Assembly: GCA_964463005.1 (NCBI GenBank) | Contig: CAYWZZ010000007.1 | Coordinates: 5,054 to 69,053, forward strand | Reading direction: 5' to 3' | DNA from: an uncultured Candidatus Bathyarchaeia archaeon | GTDB taxonomy: Archaea; Thermoproteota; CALKCG01; B24 | DNA length: 64,000 bases | Shown here: one piece after another, positions 37,370 to 47,964 of the stretch | How the letters are laid out: each line of letters starts with the position of its first letter | How positions within the stretch are numbered: the stretch's first letter is position 1 | Program-made: the position numbers and the translations under genes | The notes under the pieces: model-generated | The model's input: the letters and a program-made list of their open reading frames with translations, nothing else | Told to the model about the DNA's origin: nothing | Database searches by the model: none

Positions 37370-38959
37370 ATGGTTGAATTTCAAGAGATAAGTCCAGCAG
37401 ACTTCTTCTATAGGAATAGAGACATCGCTGGCTTCACAAACCCAGCTAGAGCATTATACAGTACCATAAGAGAACTAGTTGAAAATTCTTTAGATGCGTG
37501 TGAATCTGTTGGGGTTCTACCGAGTATATACGTAAGGCTTACGTATGTGAGCGGGCCCCTCGATGGGGCTGCAGTATTTAAGATTAAAGTTTTAGATAAT
37601 GGGTCTGGAGTCCCAGAGCATAACATCCCCTTGGCGTTTGGCAAAGTACTTTACGGTTCAAAGTATAAGCTTAAACAAACACGTGGAGCTTTCGGCTTGG
37701 GAGGGAAAATGGCGATACTTTACGGTCAGATAACCACCAATAAGTCTGTTAGAGTAGTATCAAGCACAGGTGGCTCACAGATACATGAGTATGTGCTTAG
37801 CATAGACATTCGGAAGAATGAGCCCAAAATATTGAGTAGAAAAAACTATGAAAATGTGAACAATTGGAGGGGGACTCTCGTAGAATTCTACACAGAAGGT
37901 GATTATTACAGGTCTTCGTCTAGAATAGTAGATTATCTCAAACAGACGGCTATGGTAAACCCATATGCAGAAATAACCTTCGTAGACCCTAAAGGTCACT
38001 TGTATTTATTTGAAAGAGGCGTTAATGAAATGCCTCCGGCCCCTAAGGAGACTCTTCCACACCCATATGGTGTAGATGTTGAAGCATTGAAGAGAATTAT
38101 AGCAGATACTAAGGCTAAATCCTTGCTTGAATTTATGACTGAACACTTCCATAGGGTTGGAAAAGCTACAGCATACAAATTTCTCAGTGAAGCCTCTTTA
38201 AACCCTGACATGAATCCTAAGAAGCTGAGCCAAGATGATATAGTTAAACTCGCAGGTCACATGAGGAACTTCAAAGGTTTTCTACCACCAGATGCGTCAT
38301 GCCTCTCACCTCTAGGTGAAAGGTTGCTTAAAGCCGGTATAGAGAAAGAGCTTAAACCAGAATTTGTGGCGGTTGTTCAGAGGAAGCCTTCTTCATACTC
38401 AGGGTATCCGTTTATAGTTGAAGTCGGCATAGCCTATGGTGGGAGCATACTTAAACCCGGTATAATTCTATACAGATTTAGTAATAAAATACCCCTCCTA
38501 TACGATGAGACTAGCGATGTAAGCTGGAAAGTCGTAAACGGGATGATAGATTGGAGTAGGTATAAAGTCGATGTATCAGTAGACCCTCTGGCTGTTATAG
38601 TTCACATATGCTCAACGAAAATCCCTTATAAAACGGTTGGTAAGGAGTTCATAGCAGATAGACCTGAAATCGAACACGAAATACTTAACGGTGTTCGAAC
38701 AGTGGCTCGGCAACTCATGCTCTACCTATCTAGGAAGAAGCGCGTCCAAATGGAGCGGACACGTTTAGAAACCTTCAGCAAATACCTGAATAAGCTAGCA
38801 TTATTCAGTACTAAGCTAAGCGGTAGAAAGAAGCCTCCAGATTTGAAGCTACTTCTTTCAAAGATCGCTAAGCTTAACCTGGTGGAGAAAGAGGAGAGTG
38901 TTGGGGAAGAACTTGAAAAACCTCCCGCTATAAAGGTGAAGAGCTATGAGAAAACGTAG
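37370..38959 (+). CDS. top6B: DNA topoisomerase VI subunit B
   Basis: 529 aa with the Bergerat-fold N-box RELVENSLDA, G-boxes (DNGSGV; GAFGLGGK) and a transducer domain. It overlaps top6A by 14 nt. Confidence 0.9.
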   Translation: MVEFQEISPADFFYRNRDIAGFTNPARALYSTIRELVENSLDACESVGVLPSIYVRLTYVSGPLDGAAVFKIKVLDNGSGVPEHNIPLAFGKVLYGSKYKLKQTRGAFGLGGKMAILYGQITTNKSVRVVSSTGGSQIHEYVLSIDIRKNEPKILSRKNYENVNNWRGTLVEFYTEGDYYRSSSRIVDYLKQTAMVNPYAEITFVDPKGHLYLFERGVNEMPPAPKETLPHPYGVDVEALKRIIADTKAKSLLEFMTEHFHRVGKATAYKFLSEASLNPDMNPKKLSQDDIVKLAGHMRNFKGFLPPDASCLSPLGERLLKAGIEKELKPEFVAVVQRKPSSYSGYPFIVEVGIAYGGSILKPGIILYRFSNKIPLLYDETSDVSWKVVNGMIDWSRYKVDVSVDPLAVIVHICSTKIPYKTVGKEFIADRPEIEHEILNGVRTVARQLMLYLSRKKRVQMERTRLETFSKYLNKLALFSTKLSGRKKPPDLKLLLSKIAKLNLVEKEESVGEELEKPPAIKVKSYEKT

Positions 38960-40112
38960 TAAAACCGTTAAAAATCCGATTAAGCTTTCAGATTTCAAAA
39001 GCAAATCTAAAACCGTAGAACAGAAACTTAAGCCTTTAAGAGGTGAGGAAAGGAAGAAGATAGTCATTGAGAAGTTTCGAAAGCTGGGTGAAGATATCTA
39101 CCATAAGCTTGAAACCGGAGAATTTCCATATCTTAAAATTCCAAGCCGTTCAACTAAAAACATAATATATGATCCTGTGCTTAGACAGTTCGTGCTCGGA
39201 GAACGCTTCTTCGTGAGAAGCGCTAAAAATATTAGACACTTAAGACCGCTAACTCAGCTCATATGGGTCGCATACACGGCCAACACGCTCTGTGCCATGG
39301 ATAAGACTTCGACTCTTAGAGATATATACTACATGGCTCAAGCAGATGGCATAGACTTCAACGATCAGCAGGAAAGCGATGAGGTGATTACAGAGCTTGA
39401 AACGGTTTTAGGTGTACCTAGGGAGGAATTCAACATATTTCCAGAAGAGAGATCTGCCATATTCGGTGATTTAACCATAGAGTACACAGTTAGAGAGTAT
39501 AAAGGGGTTAGAGTAAATCTTACAATGCACCCCGACGGGTTGGTAATTGGTCCAACTCTTACAAGCGCAGACTTCATCCACTGTGAAGCGGATAAGGTCA
39601 TAGTTGTTGAGAAGGGAGCTATGTTTACAAGGTTTATCGAGGAGAAGGTGCATAAAAAGTTTAAAGCAATACTTATACATACGGCTGGTCAACCTCCCAG
39701 AGCGACTAGGCGTTTGATAAGGAGGTTGAATTTAGAGCTTAATCTGCCAGTCTACGTTTTCGTAGATGGGGATCCCTGGGGTATGCATATCGCCCAAGTT
39801 ATACTTTCAGGTTCCGCTAGAGCTGGACATATACCTGAACTTGCAACGCCAGATGCTTTATGGGCTGGAGTATACGCTTCAGACATAGTGAAGTATAAAC
39901 TCCCAAGTGATCCATTGACTAAAATAGACCTTAAACGGCTTGAAGAGCTTAAGAGAGACCCTAGGTATAAGGACGATTTATGGCAAAAGGAGATAGCTAC
40001 ATTTCAAAAGATTAAGAGAAAGTCTGAGCAGGAGGCTTTTAGCAGATACGGCTTAACATTCATAGTCAGCAATTATCTCCCTCAAAGGCTTAAAGAGCTA
40101 AGCCGTAGATAA
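38946..40112 (+). CDS. top6A: DNA topoisomerase VI subunit A (Spo11-like)
   Basis: 388 aa with a winged-helix 5Y-CAP region and a Toprim domain (VEKGAMF...VFVDGDPWGMHI). Confidence 0.9.
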   Translation: MRKRSKTVKNPIKLSDFKSKSKTVEQKLKPLRGEERKKIVIEKFRKLGEDIYHKLETGEFPYLKIPSRSTKNIIYDPVLRQFVLGERFFVRSAKNIRHLRPLTQLIWVAYTANTLCAMDKTSTLRDIYYMAQADGIDFNDQQESDEVITELETVLGVPREEFNIFPEERSAIFGDLTIEYTVREYKGVRVNLTMHPDGLVIGPTLTSADFIHCEADKVIVVEKGAMFTRFIEEKVHKKFKAILIHTAGQPPRATRRLIRRLNLELNLPVYVFVDGDPWGMHIAQVILSGSARAGHIPELATPDALWAGVYASDIVKYKLPSDPLTKIDLKRLEELKRDPRYKDDLWQKEIATFQKIKRKSEQEAFSRYGLTFIVSNYLPQRLKELSRR

Positions 40113-40192
40113 TTATTCCATTCACTTGGTTTGTGGATATCATCTTAAACCCTTTTATACCTTCTAGATCGTACTTCTTACTGGCGTCTTAA

Positions 40193-43163
40193 TTGGATAA
40201 ACGTGTCTTCAAAAATCCGGGTAAGGAGTTTAGAGGAGCACCATTCTGGTCCTTAAATGATAAACTTGAGGGCTTAGAGCTTTCTAGACAAATAGGTTTA
40301 ATGGATGATGGATGGTTTGGAGGCTTCTTCCTCCACGCCAGGGAGGGGCTGGTAACCCCCTACATGAGTGAAGAATGGCTTAATATGATCGAAGTATGTG
40401 TGAGGGAGGCTGAGAAAAGAGGTATGTATGCTTGGCTTTACGACGAGGATAAGTGGCCTAGCGGCTTCGCCGGAGGTGTTGTTCCAGCTTCAAGCCTAGA
40501 CTATAGGGTTAAAGCATTAGCTATGATGGTTAGTGGGACTATAATAAGATCCCCCGAACTTCTGAAAGTCTTCGAATGCGATTTTGCAGACGGTAAACCA
40601 GTGAATTTGAGAGCTGTCGAAGTGAGCGAAAAGCCTAAACTGGTAAAAACTACATACACTTCTACGTCTGGTCAGCTCCAATTGGAAGTAAGTGGTTTGA
40701 CGGTTTCTCCTATATAGACGTGCTAAACCCGGAGGCTGTTAGAAAATTCATAGAGTCTACTTATGAAAAGTACTATCAGCGTTTTGGGAAATGGTTTGGC
40801 AATACGATACCAGGCATATTCACAGACGAGCCCAACCATCTATCTGGACATGAGTCTTTAAACTACCCGGCAGTACCTTGGACGACTAGGTTTCCAGAAT
40901 TCTTCAAATCTAAATGTGGATACGATATCACAGAGCATCTACCGAGCTTATTCTTTGATGTAGGTGATTACAATAAAGTCAGATACGACTTCTGGAGGAC
41001 TTTAACAGAACTTTTTGTTGAGAGTTACAGTAAACAGATCTATGAGTGGTGCGATAGGCATGATTTGAAGTATACTGGACACCACCTCTCAGAAGAATCT
41101 CTTACAAGCCAGATAAGGGTTGCAGGAGCCGTTATGCCTCACTATGAGTACATGCATATACCAGGTATAGACCATTTACGTAGAGATATAGATGAGGTTT
41201 TAACTGTTAAACAGGTTGCAAGTGTGGCTAATCAGCTCGGCAGGGAGAGAGTACTCTCGGAAACCTATGGTTGTAGCGGTCAAAATCTATCCTTTGAGGA
41301 TAGAAAGTGGATAGGTGATTGGGAGTACGTATTGGGCGTTAACTTCCTAAACCACCACTTATTGCTATACTCTATGAGAGGTAGACGTAAGAGAGACTAC
41401 CCACCTAACATATTCTACCAACAGCCTTGGTGGAGGTTTAACAAACTCATAGAATCTCACTTTACAAGACTCAGCTACGCTTTATCGAGGGGTATTAGAA
41501 TCGTCAATGTGTTGATATTGCATCCCATCGGAAGCGGCTGGGCTATGTTCACTCCCTTAGACACATCTAAGGTTGAGAATTTGCATAAAGATTTTGAGAA
41601 AACCTTTAGAACTTTCCTTGAAAAACATTGGGACTTTGAACTTGGAGATGAATTCATAATAGCTAAATACGGCAAAGTAGACGGGCCCTTCTTCATAGTT
41701 GGAAGATGTCACTATAGGGCGGTCATCATACCACCCAGTTTAACGCTTGCAGAATCTACTGTTAAACTCCTAGAGAATTACGTAGCTAATGGTGGGCTTC
41801 TTATAGCAATTGAGCCAACTCCTAAAATGGTTGATTGTAAACCGTCTAGTAGGATTGAAGCGGTTTTAAACATGGCCGTTAAAGTGAAAGACGCCTATGA
41901 AGCCGTTAAAATCCTAAATGAGAAGGTTAAGAGTAGGGTTCTAATCAACTGTTTGAAGAATGACGCCTCCAACATATGGTATCATTTAAGGAGAGACGGC
42001 TCTCAGCAAATACTTTTCTTAGCCAATCTCAGTAGAGCGCAGGAGGTGGATCTTGAAGTCTATCTACTCGGTAGCGGTAGACTTGAGGAGTATGATCCAT
42101 TTACTGGGGATTCTAGAACTACAAATCAGGAGACTAGAGGTGAATACGTCTACACTAGAGTACTGCTTCCACCTGTAGGCTCTAAACTGCTCGTCTTAGA
42201 TGAAACGCAGAAGCCTGAAACAATCAAATTTAAATGGTACCGTTTAATATTGTAGAGGAGCTGACTGTTAAAAAGCCTTGGAAGATTTCAAGAGCGGCAT
42301 TAAACGCGTTAACTTTAGACTATTGTAGGTTGAGGATTGATAATTCATGGACTGCTAAAATCCCAACTTGGAAGGCTCAGAGGATTATAGAGAGACTCGG
42401 CTATGGGAGGCAGTTTACGGTAAGGTATGAGTTTACAGTCGACTTAAATAGCCTGAATAGAGAAATCTGGCTTGTTTTAGAAAGCCCCGATAAGTTTAAG
42501 ATAAGGTTAACGGCTTCGAAGTCTCCTATAAGCCTGAATACGGCTGGTGGATCGATACCAGCTTTAAACGTATCCCAATCAAAGGACTTATTAAAAATGG
42601 ACTAAACACAGTCGAACTTGAAGGCGTTAAGCTCTTTACAAAATACATGGTTTCAGGTACGGATGCGCATGAGCTCGAAACTGAAATAGAATCTATATAC
42701 ATAGTAGGTGAGTTTGCGGTTGAAAATATCGAAAACCGAGAGTTTAAAATAGTTGAAGAAGACGACTCCTACATGGGAGGAGATCTTACAAGGCGAGGTT
42801 ATCCATTCTATGCCGGGGAAATATCAGTAGAATGCAACTTTAACCTTGAAAGAGAACCTCAAGGTAAAGTATTCTTAGTTCTAGGTGGATTACACGCAAC
42901 TGTTGTAGAAATTAAAGTAAACGATCGCATTGCCGGACACATATTCCTAAAACCCTACGAAATAGAAATAACAGACTTTGTAAAACCTGGACAGAATAGA
43001 CTTGAAATAAAACTCGTAAACACCCTTAGGACCCCACCATCATAAAGCAGGAGAACTCACAGCAGTAGAACCGTATAGCTTTCAAGATGAACTAAACTGG
43101 ATTGACAGTTACAATTTTGTACCCTATGGGCTAGATGAAATCAAAATCCAACTGAGGACTTAG
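40193..43163 (+). pseudogene. Large (~990-codon) glycoside-hydrolase-like gene broken into 5 pieces by 4 frameshifts
   Basis: The collinear pieces are 40193-40717, 40720-42255, 42234-42605, 42647-43045 and a tail to TAG 43161-43163. The N-terminus reads RGAPFWSLNDKL...GGFFLHAREGLVTPYMSEEW. The C-terminus reads ...LEIKLVNTL-GPHHHKAGE...VPYGLDEIKIQLRT, typical of large bacterial-type GHs. The shifts lie at A5 40645-40649, 42234-42252, 42500-42511 and 43026-43035. I cannot assign a GH family. Confidence 0.5.
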
Positions 43164-43214
43164 AAACATTAAAAAACTACATTAGTCTCCTCTATCTAAT
43201 TTAGATGCCCTAAA

Positions 43215-43301
43215 GCCGGGATGGCCGAGCGGACTAAGGCGCAGGCCTGGAGAGCCTGTGGGCCTTCCGGGCCCTCGTGGGTTCAAATCCCACTCCCGGC
43301 G
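43215..43301 (+). tRNA. tRNA-Ser(GGA): tRNA-Ser (anticodon GGA)
   Basis: The cloverleaf was folded by hand: acceptor GCCGGGA/TCCCGGC, anticodon arm CAGGC-CTGGAGA-GCCTG, a long variable arm, and T-arm GTGGGTTCAAATCCCAC. No CCA is encoded. Confidence 0.9.
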
Positions 43302-43466
43302 TTATATTTGTCCTAAGGATTTTCTTCCCAAGTTTTCTAGGACATCTCGACGTTAAATTTAGCACTACTAAGGCTAAAGCAATTGCTGATCCAATGTCTG
43401 TTAGAGGGCCTATCCAAAGGACTATTATATCAGTTACTGCACTAAAAAAACTAAAACTTATGCTTT

Positions 43467-44313
43467 TCATTGAAAAACTTCACGATAATTTGCGATTCTT
43501 TTTCTGTATCCCTCCACGCAACCGCTTTTTATTTCCCGGGCAAGCTTAGCTACTTCATCTAGCTTTTGAAATGGATTCTTCAGGTTCTTCGAGTATATTC
43601 GCGCGTAGGCACTTCCAACAACAACGCCGTCTGCTCCTGCAACTACTAGGGTTTCAGCATGCTCTTTTTTCGAAACTCCGAAACCAACCATTATAGGAAT
43701 AGTGCTCAGCTCCTTGATCGCCCTTATAAGCCTAACAGTTAGGCTTTGAGTCTTCAGCTTCGCGCCAGTTACACCTTCAACGCTTATGAGGTAGACAAAG
43801 CCTGAAGCCTCTTTCAAAATTTGTTTAAGCCTTTCAGGGGGACGTTGTAGGAGCCACCTGGAGGATCAAGTTTAATCCCACCTTGGCAATGAGATCCTTC
43901 AACGGCTTAGCCTCCTCCAATGGTAGGTCTGGGAATAAAACACCTTGAGCCCCTGCATTTCTAACCATGTTCAAAAACTTTTCGAATCCCATGACGTAAG
44001 GAATGTTGAAGTACGTGGTTACCACTATGGGGATTTCTAAGCCTTCAGCCCTAAGTCTCTTAATTCCGTCAATGCATTTTGCAGGAGTTATACCTCCACT
44101 TAAAGCCCTTTGACACGCTTCCTGGAATACGGCTCCATCAGCTATAGGGTCGGAAAAAGGTATTCCGAACTCAATTATATCGGCGCCATTCTCCGCGAGA
44201 GTTTTAATAAGCTTAAGTGAAAATTCCTCATTTGGGTCGCCATAGTAAACATGGGCCATGTGGGCTCCTTCTCTACGCCTCTTTAAATCCTCAAATTTAC
44301 TTTTGAGGCTCAT
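43467..44313 (-). pseudogene. trpA: Tryptophan synthase alpha chain, one frameshift in a homopolymer
   Basis: ORFs 43834-44313 and 43467-43817 join as ...LQVAPTTSP-ERLKQILKEASGFVYLISV... if one base is removed from the G5 (plus-strand) run at 43837-43841. Confidence 0.8.
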
Positions 44314-45493
44314 AGAAATACCTCAAAATAGTGTCTAAATCTTTGTCGCCTCTCCCGGAAAAGTTTATTACCACAATATCGTCTCTGCTGAACTCCTCTC
44401 TATGGTTTAAGACGTAGGCTATGGCGTGAGCCGTCTCTAGTGCTGGTATGAGTCCCTCAGTTTTCGCCATGACCCTTACGGCTTCGAAAACCTCATGGTC
44501 GAAGGCGTAGCAAGGTTTAACCCTGCCAATTTTACAGAGCCAAGAGATTTCAGGACCCCTGCCAAGGTAGTTTAAGCCTGTTGCACGGGTTTTTGAAGGT
44601 CTTATTTGACCATTCTCATCCTGCATGACCTGCATGAGGCTTCCATGGAGAACACCTGGGCTTCCAAGCTGAAAGGCTACGGCACAATTGTCTGCGTCCA
44701 AGCTTTCCCCACCTCCTTCTACAAAGTAAAGCCTGACGTTTTCTTCTTCAATGAAAGGTTTGAAAGCACCAAGGGCGTTGCTTCCGCCGCTTCCACATGC
44801 AACTATGGCGTCTGGTAATCTCCCCTCCTTCTCTAAAATTTGCTTTTTAAGCTCCATTCCTATAACGCTTTGAAAAGTCGCCACTATTGTTGGGAAGGGG
44901 TGGGGTCCAACTGTCGAGCCCATTAGGTAATGGGTTGTTCTAGAGCAAGCGGCCCATTCCCGGAGGGTTTCTGAAACAGCATCTTTGAGAACCCCCGCCC
45001 CGGTCTTAACTGGCTTGATCTTCGCCCCTAAAAGTTGCATTTTCTTCACATTGGAAGCTTGCCTTTCAATGTCCTTGGCGCCCATGAATATTTCGGTTTT
45101 TAAGCCGCAGATGTTGCCAGCCATGGCCGTAGCAAGGCCATGTTGGCCTGCAGCCGTCTCAGTTATTAGGCGTTTCTTGCCCATTTTCTTGGCTAAAAGC
45201 GCCTGGCCTATGGCATTGTTGAGTTTGTGGGATCCGCCACAGAGCAAATCCTCCCGTTTAAGGTAAACCTTAAACCCTACATACTTGCTGAAGTTTCTGG
45301 CGTAGTAAAGTGGCGTAGGCCTACCTCCATAATCCCTGAGTAGACCATGAAACTCCTTCTGGAATTCTTGAGTTGGATATATTCGCTCAAAGGCTTCTTC
45401 AAGCTCGAGAAGCGCATGCATTAAAACCTCGCTGACGTACATTCCGCCGAAAATGCCAAACCTTCCATTCAAATCCAACTCACCACTCAGCAC
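44297..45493 (-). CDS. trpB: Tryptophan synthase beta chain
   Basis: 398 aa, intact. It has the PLP-lysine block GGSHKLNN, then GSGGSNA, and is TrpB-like throughout. Confidence 0.9.
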   Translation of the reverse strand: MLSGELDLNGRFGIFGGMYVSEVLMHALLELEEAFERIYPTQEFQKEFHGLLRDYGGRPTPLYYARNFSKYVGFKVYLKREDLLCGGSHKLNNAIGQALLAKKMGKKRLITETAAGQHGLATAMAGNICGLKTEIFMGAKDIERQASNVKKMQLLGAKIKPVKTGAGVLKDAVSETLREWAACSRTTHYLMGSTVGPHPFPTIVATFQSVIGMELKKQILEKEGRLPDAIVACGSGGSNALGAFKPFIEEENVRLYFVEGGGESLDADNCAVAFQLGSPGVLHGSLMQVMQDENGQIRPSKTRATGLNYLGRGPEISWLCKIGRVKPCYAFDHEVFEAVRVMAKTEGLIPALETAHAIAYVLNHREEFSRDDIVVINFSGRGDKDLDTILRYFYEPQK

Positions 45494-45559
45494 TGGCCCT
45501 GCAGGTGGCTTCCAAATCTTCCATACGGGTTATCCTACAAATTTTTACTTTAATTCTCC

Positions 45560-46324
45560 TCATAAGGCCATCACGAGTTCCCTAACCTTTTCTTCAACAT
45601 CATCGGCGAGCATTATGGAAGATCCGACCAGAAACGCGTGAGCACCACATTTCCTGAGAAACCTAACGTGGTCAGCTGTTTCTATGCCGCTTTCACTCAC
45701 CACTATCCTGTCAGTCGAACCCACCTCAGCCAATATTCTGGCTGTAACATGCAAGTCCACCTTCATTGTTCTAAGATCTCTATTGTTCACACCAATCATG
45801 TCTGCTTCCGTTTCCAAAGCAGCCTTGAACTCCTCGACTGTGTGGGCTTCAAGGAGAACTTCAAGACTGAGGGTGTGGGCAAACTTTATAAGCTCGTCAA
45901 CCCTACCTGCAACAGCACCATATATTAAGAGTACGGCGTCGGTTCCTATATTGGCAGCTGCTTCAATTTGAACACGGTCAACGATAACATCCTTCATCAG
46001 TACGGGTATGCTGACGCTTTCTTTCACTTGGGATAAGGTTTGAAGAGAACCTCCAAACCTTTTAGGCTCTGTTAAAACTGAAATGTCTACAGCTCCGCCA
46101 GCCTCCATAGCCTTCGCTAATTCCTCTAGGTTTGCTATGCACCTTAGAAGACCGCGGGAAGGTGAGAAAGGCTTTATTTCAGCTATCACTGGAGCATGCT
46201 GACAGTTGACTATCGCCTTTCTAAGGCTTAACCTTGGAAAGTTTAGGTGTTGGTTTACTCTGTAATATCCGCTCTTTACTCTTTCGGAGGCCTCTCTAAT
46301 GAGAGTTTCCATGAAGTCAACCAT
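45560..46324 (-). CDS. trpC: Indole-3-glycerol-phosphate synthase
   Basis: The track ORF extends to 46474, but the likely start is MVDFMETL at 46324, which overlaps the trpD stop by 8 nt. Conserved blocks are VIAEIKPFSPS, SVLTEPKRFGGS and IGVNNRDL. Confidence 0.8.
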   Translation of the reverse strand: MVDFMETLIREASERVKSGYYRVNQHLNFPRLSLRKAIVNCQHAPVIAEIKPFSPSRGLLRCIANLEELAKAMEAGGAVDISVLTEPKRFGGSLQTLSQVKESVSIPVLMKDVIVDRVQIEAAANIGTDAVLLIYGAVAGRVDELIKFAHTLSLEVLLEAHTVEEFKAALETEADMIGVNNRDLRTMKVDLHVTARILAEVGSTDRIVVSESGIETADHVRFLRKCGAHAFLVGSSIMLADDVEEKVRELVMAL

Positions 46325-47379
46325 ATTTAGCCTCCAACTCCTCAAGCTTTTCAGGCCTATTGCCCTCGTAGAAATTGATAAGTTGCTTGAGCTTTTTGTA
46401 GGCTGAACCGTTTTCGATGGACTCTTGTGCAAGCTCAAGGCCATAGGAGAAGTCGTCGGCTTTTCCGCCGACAATAAGGGCTGCAGCCGCGTTTACTGCT
46501 ACAAGACACCTTTTCGGGTTTTTTCTTTCAAGACATCCATAAAGTACTTGGAAGATTATCTCAGCACTTTCCTCAACACCCCAACAGAGTATACTCTCCA
46601 AGCTGGATTTTTCAATGCCGAAATCTTCAGGAGAAACTTCAAAAGTTTCGAGTTCTCCATCCCTAAGCCACGCTATAAGGGTCTTACCCACTGTTGAGAT
46701 TTCGTCAAGCCCATCTAAGCCATGGACGACCATGGCCTCCCTTAAACCCAACTCCCCTAGAACTCGGGCTATTTTCTCCACAAGCTCAGCCTCGTATACC
46801 CCTAAAATCTGGGCGTCTACAGGAGCAGGGTTTGTTAAGGGGCCTAGAAGGTTGAACACAGTTCTTACACCTATCTCCATCCTAGGAACCGCCGCGTACT
46901 TCATGGCTGGATGGAAAGATGGGGCAAACATGAAGCCTATACCTATCTGCTCTATAGCTGCCTTCACAACTTCAGGAGGCATCTCTAGGTTTAGCCCTAA
47001 ACGCTCAAGGACGTCAGCACTTCCACTTTTACTCGTCACCGAACGGTTTCCATGCTTCGCCACACACCCCAGCTCCGGCGGCGATGAAGGCTGTTGCAGT
47101 GCTAACATTAAACGTTTTAATCTCATCTCCTCCCGTTCCACAAGTGTCCACAAGACGCCCGTTGACATTCGGCTGTATAGTATAGCATAGACTTTTCATA
47201 GCTCTAGCGAAGGCCGTAATCTCCTCCACGGTTTCACCCTTCATCCTCAAGGCTATTAAGAAAGCCGCTATCTGTGCTGGAGAAGCCTGACCAGTCATGA
47301 TTTCAACCATGGATTTGAAAGCCTCATCATGTGTAAGATTTCTCCTTTCTACAAGCTTGGCTATGACTTCACGGATCAC
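46317..47379 (-). pseudogene. trpD: Anthranilate phosphoribosyltransferase, one frameshift
   Basis: ORF 47029-47379 (...VDTCGTGGDEIKTFNVSTATAFIAAGAGV) and ORF 46317-47168 (...VAKHGNRSVTSKSGSADVLE...) are two halves of TrpD. They are out of frame by one base near 47058-47070. Confidence 0.8.
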
Positions 47380-47461
47380 TCTTTCACCATCCGTCTAAAA
47401 AGTTCTTAATTATTTGTTTTCCACAACGCGTTAGGATGGATTCTGGGTGAAACTGTAATCC

Positions 47462-47964
47462 TTAAATGGGGTATTCCACGTGGCGTACTCCCATGATTTC
47501 GCCATCGTCCAAGGAAAACGCAGTTATAGTAAGGCATTTTGGTAGGCTTGCTTTCTCCGCCACAAGTGAATGATACCTGGCGGCCTGTAGGGGGTTTTCA
47601 ACGCCTTTAAAGACGCCTTTGCCGTCGTGTCGTATAAGACTTGTTTTCCCATGCATGATTCTGCCAGCTCTAACAATTTTGCCTCCAAAAACCCAGACAA
47701 TCCCCTGGTGGCCTAAGCAAACCCCTAATGTTGGCACTTTTAGGCTTAAATGCCTAATGATTTGCGGGCAAACTCCGAAATACCTAGGTTGGGAGGGGCT
47801 ACCTGATCCTGGTGAAATAATAATTCTGTCGGGGTTAAGTTTAACAGCCTTTTTAAGTGTAATCCGGTTGTTCCTGTAAACTAACGGTTCAGCTCAAGCT
47901 CTCCAACATATTGAGCTAAATTATAAACGAAGGAGTCGTAGTTGTCAATTATGAGGACTTTCAA
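47462..47964 (-). pseudogene. trpG: Anthranilate synthase component II (glutamine amidotransferase), one frameshift
   Basis: The TTG start at 47964 overlaps the trpE stop. MKVLIIDNYDSFVYNLAQYVGEL... shifts near 47888-47900 into ...EPLVYRNNRITLKKAVKLNPDRIIISPGSGSP...VPTLGVCLGHQ (ORF 47462-47737). Confidence 0.8.

Noticed and set aside
43234-43549. Track ORFs 43234-43470 (-) and 43277-43549 (+)
   Set aside because: Both run through tRNA-Ser(GGA). The first ~55 codons of the minus ORF could be a tiny TM peptide after trpA, but there is no support beyond the open frame.
45560-46474. A 50-codon N-terminal extension of trpC, or a fused trpC-trpF
   Set aside because: The extension overlaps the trpD 3' end in another frame and has no homology pattern. 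The protein from MVDFMETL is of normal IGPS length, and no PRAI (trpF) motifs were seen.
615-47190. The many 60-190-aa antisense ORFs in the track (e.g. 615-881, 5314-6452 series, 12408-12824, 23569-24189, 28525-29301, 46615-47190)
   Set aside because: They lie entirely inside longer, motif-supported genes on the opposite strand. They have Ser/Pro/Leu-rich shadow-ORF composition and no motifs of their own.
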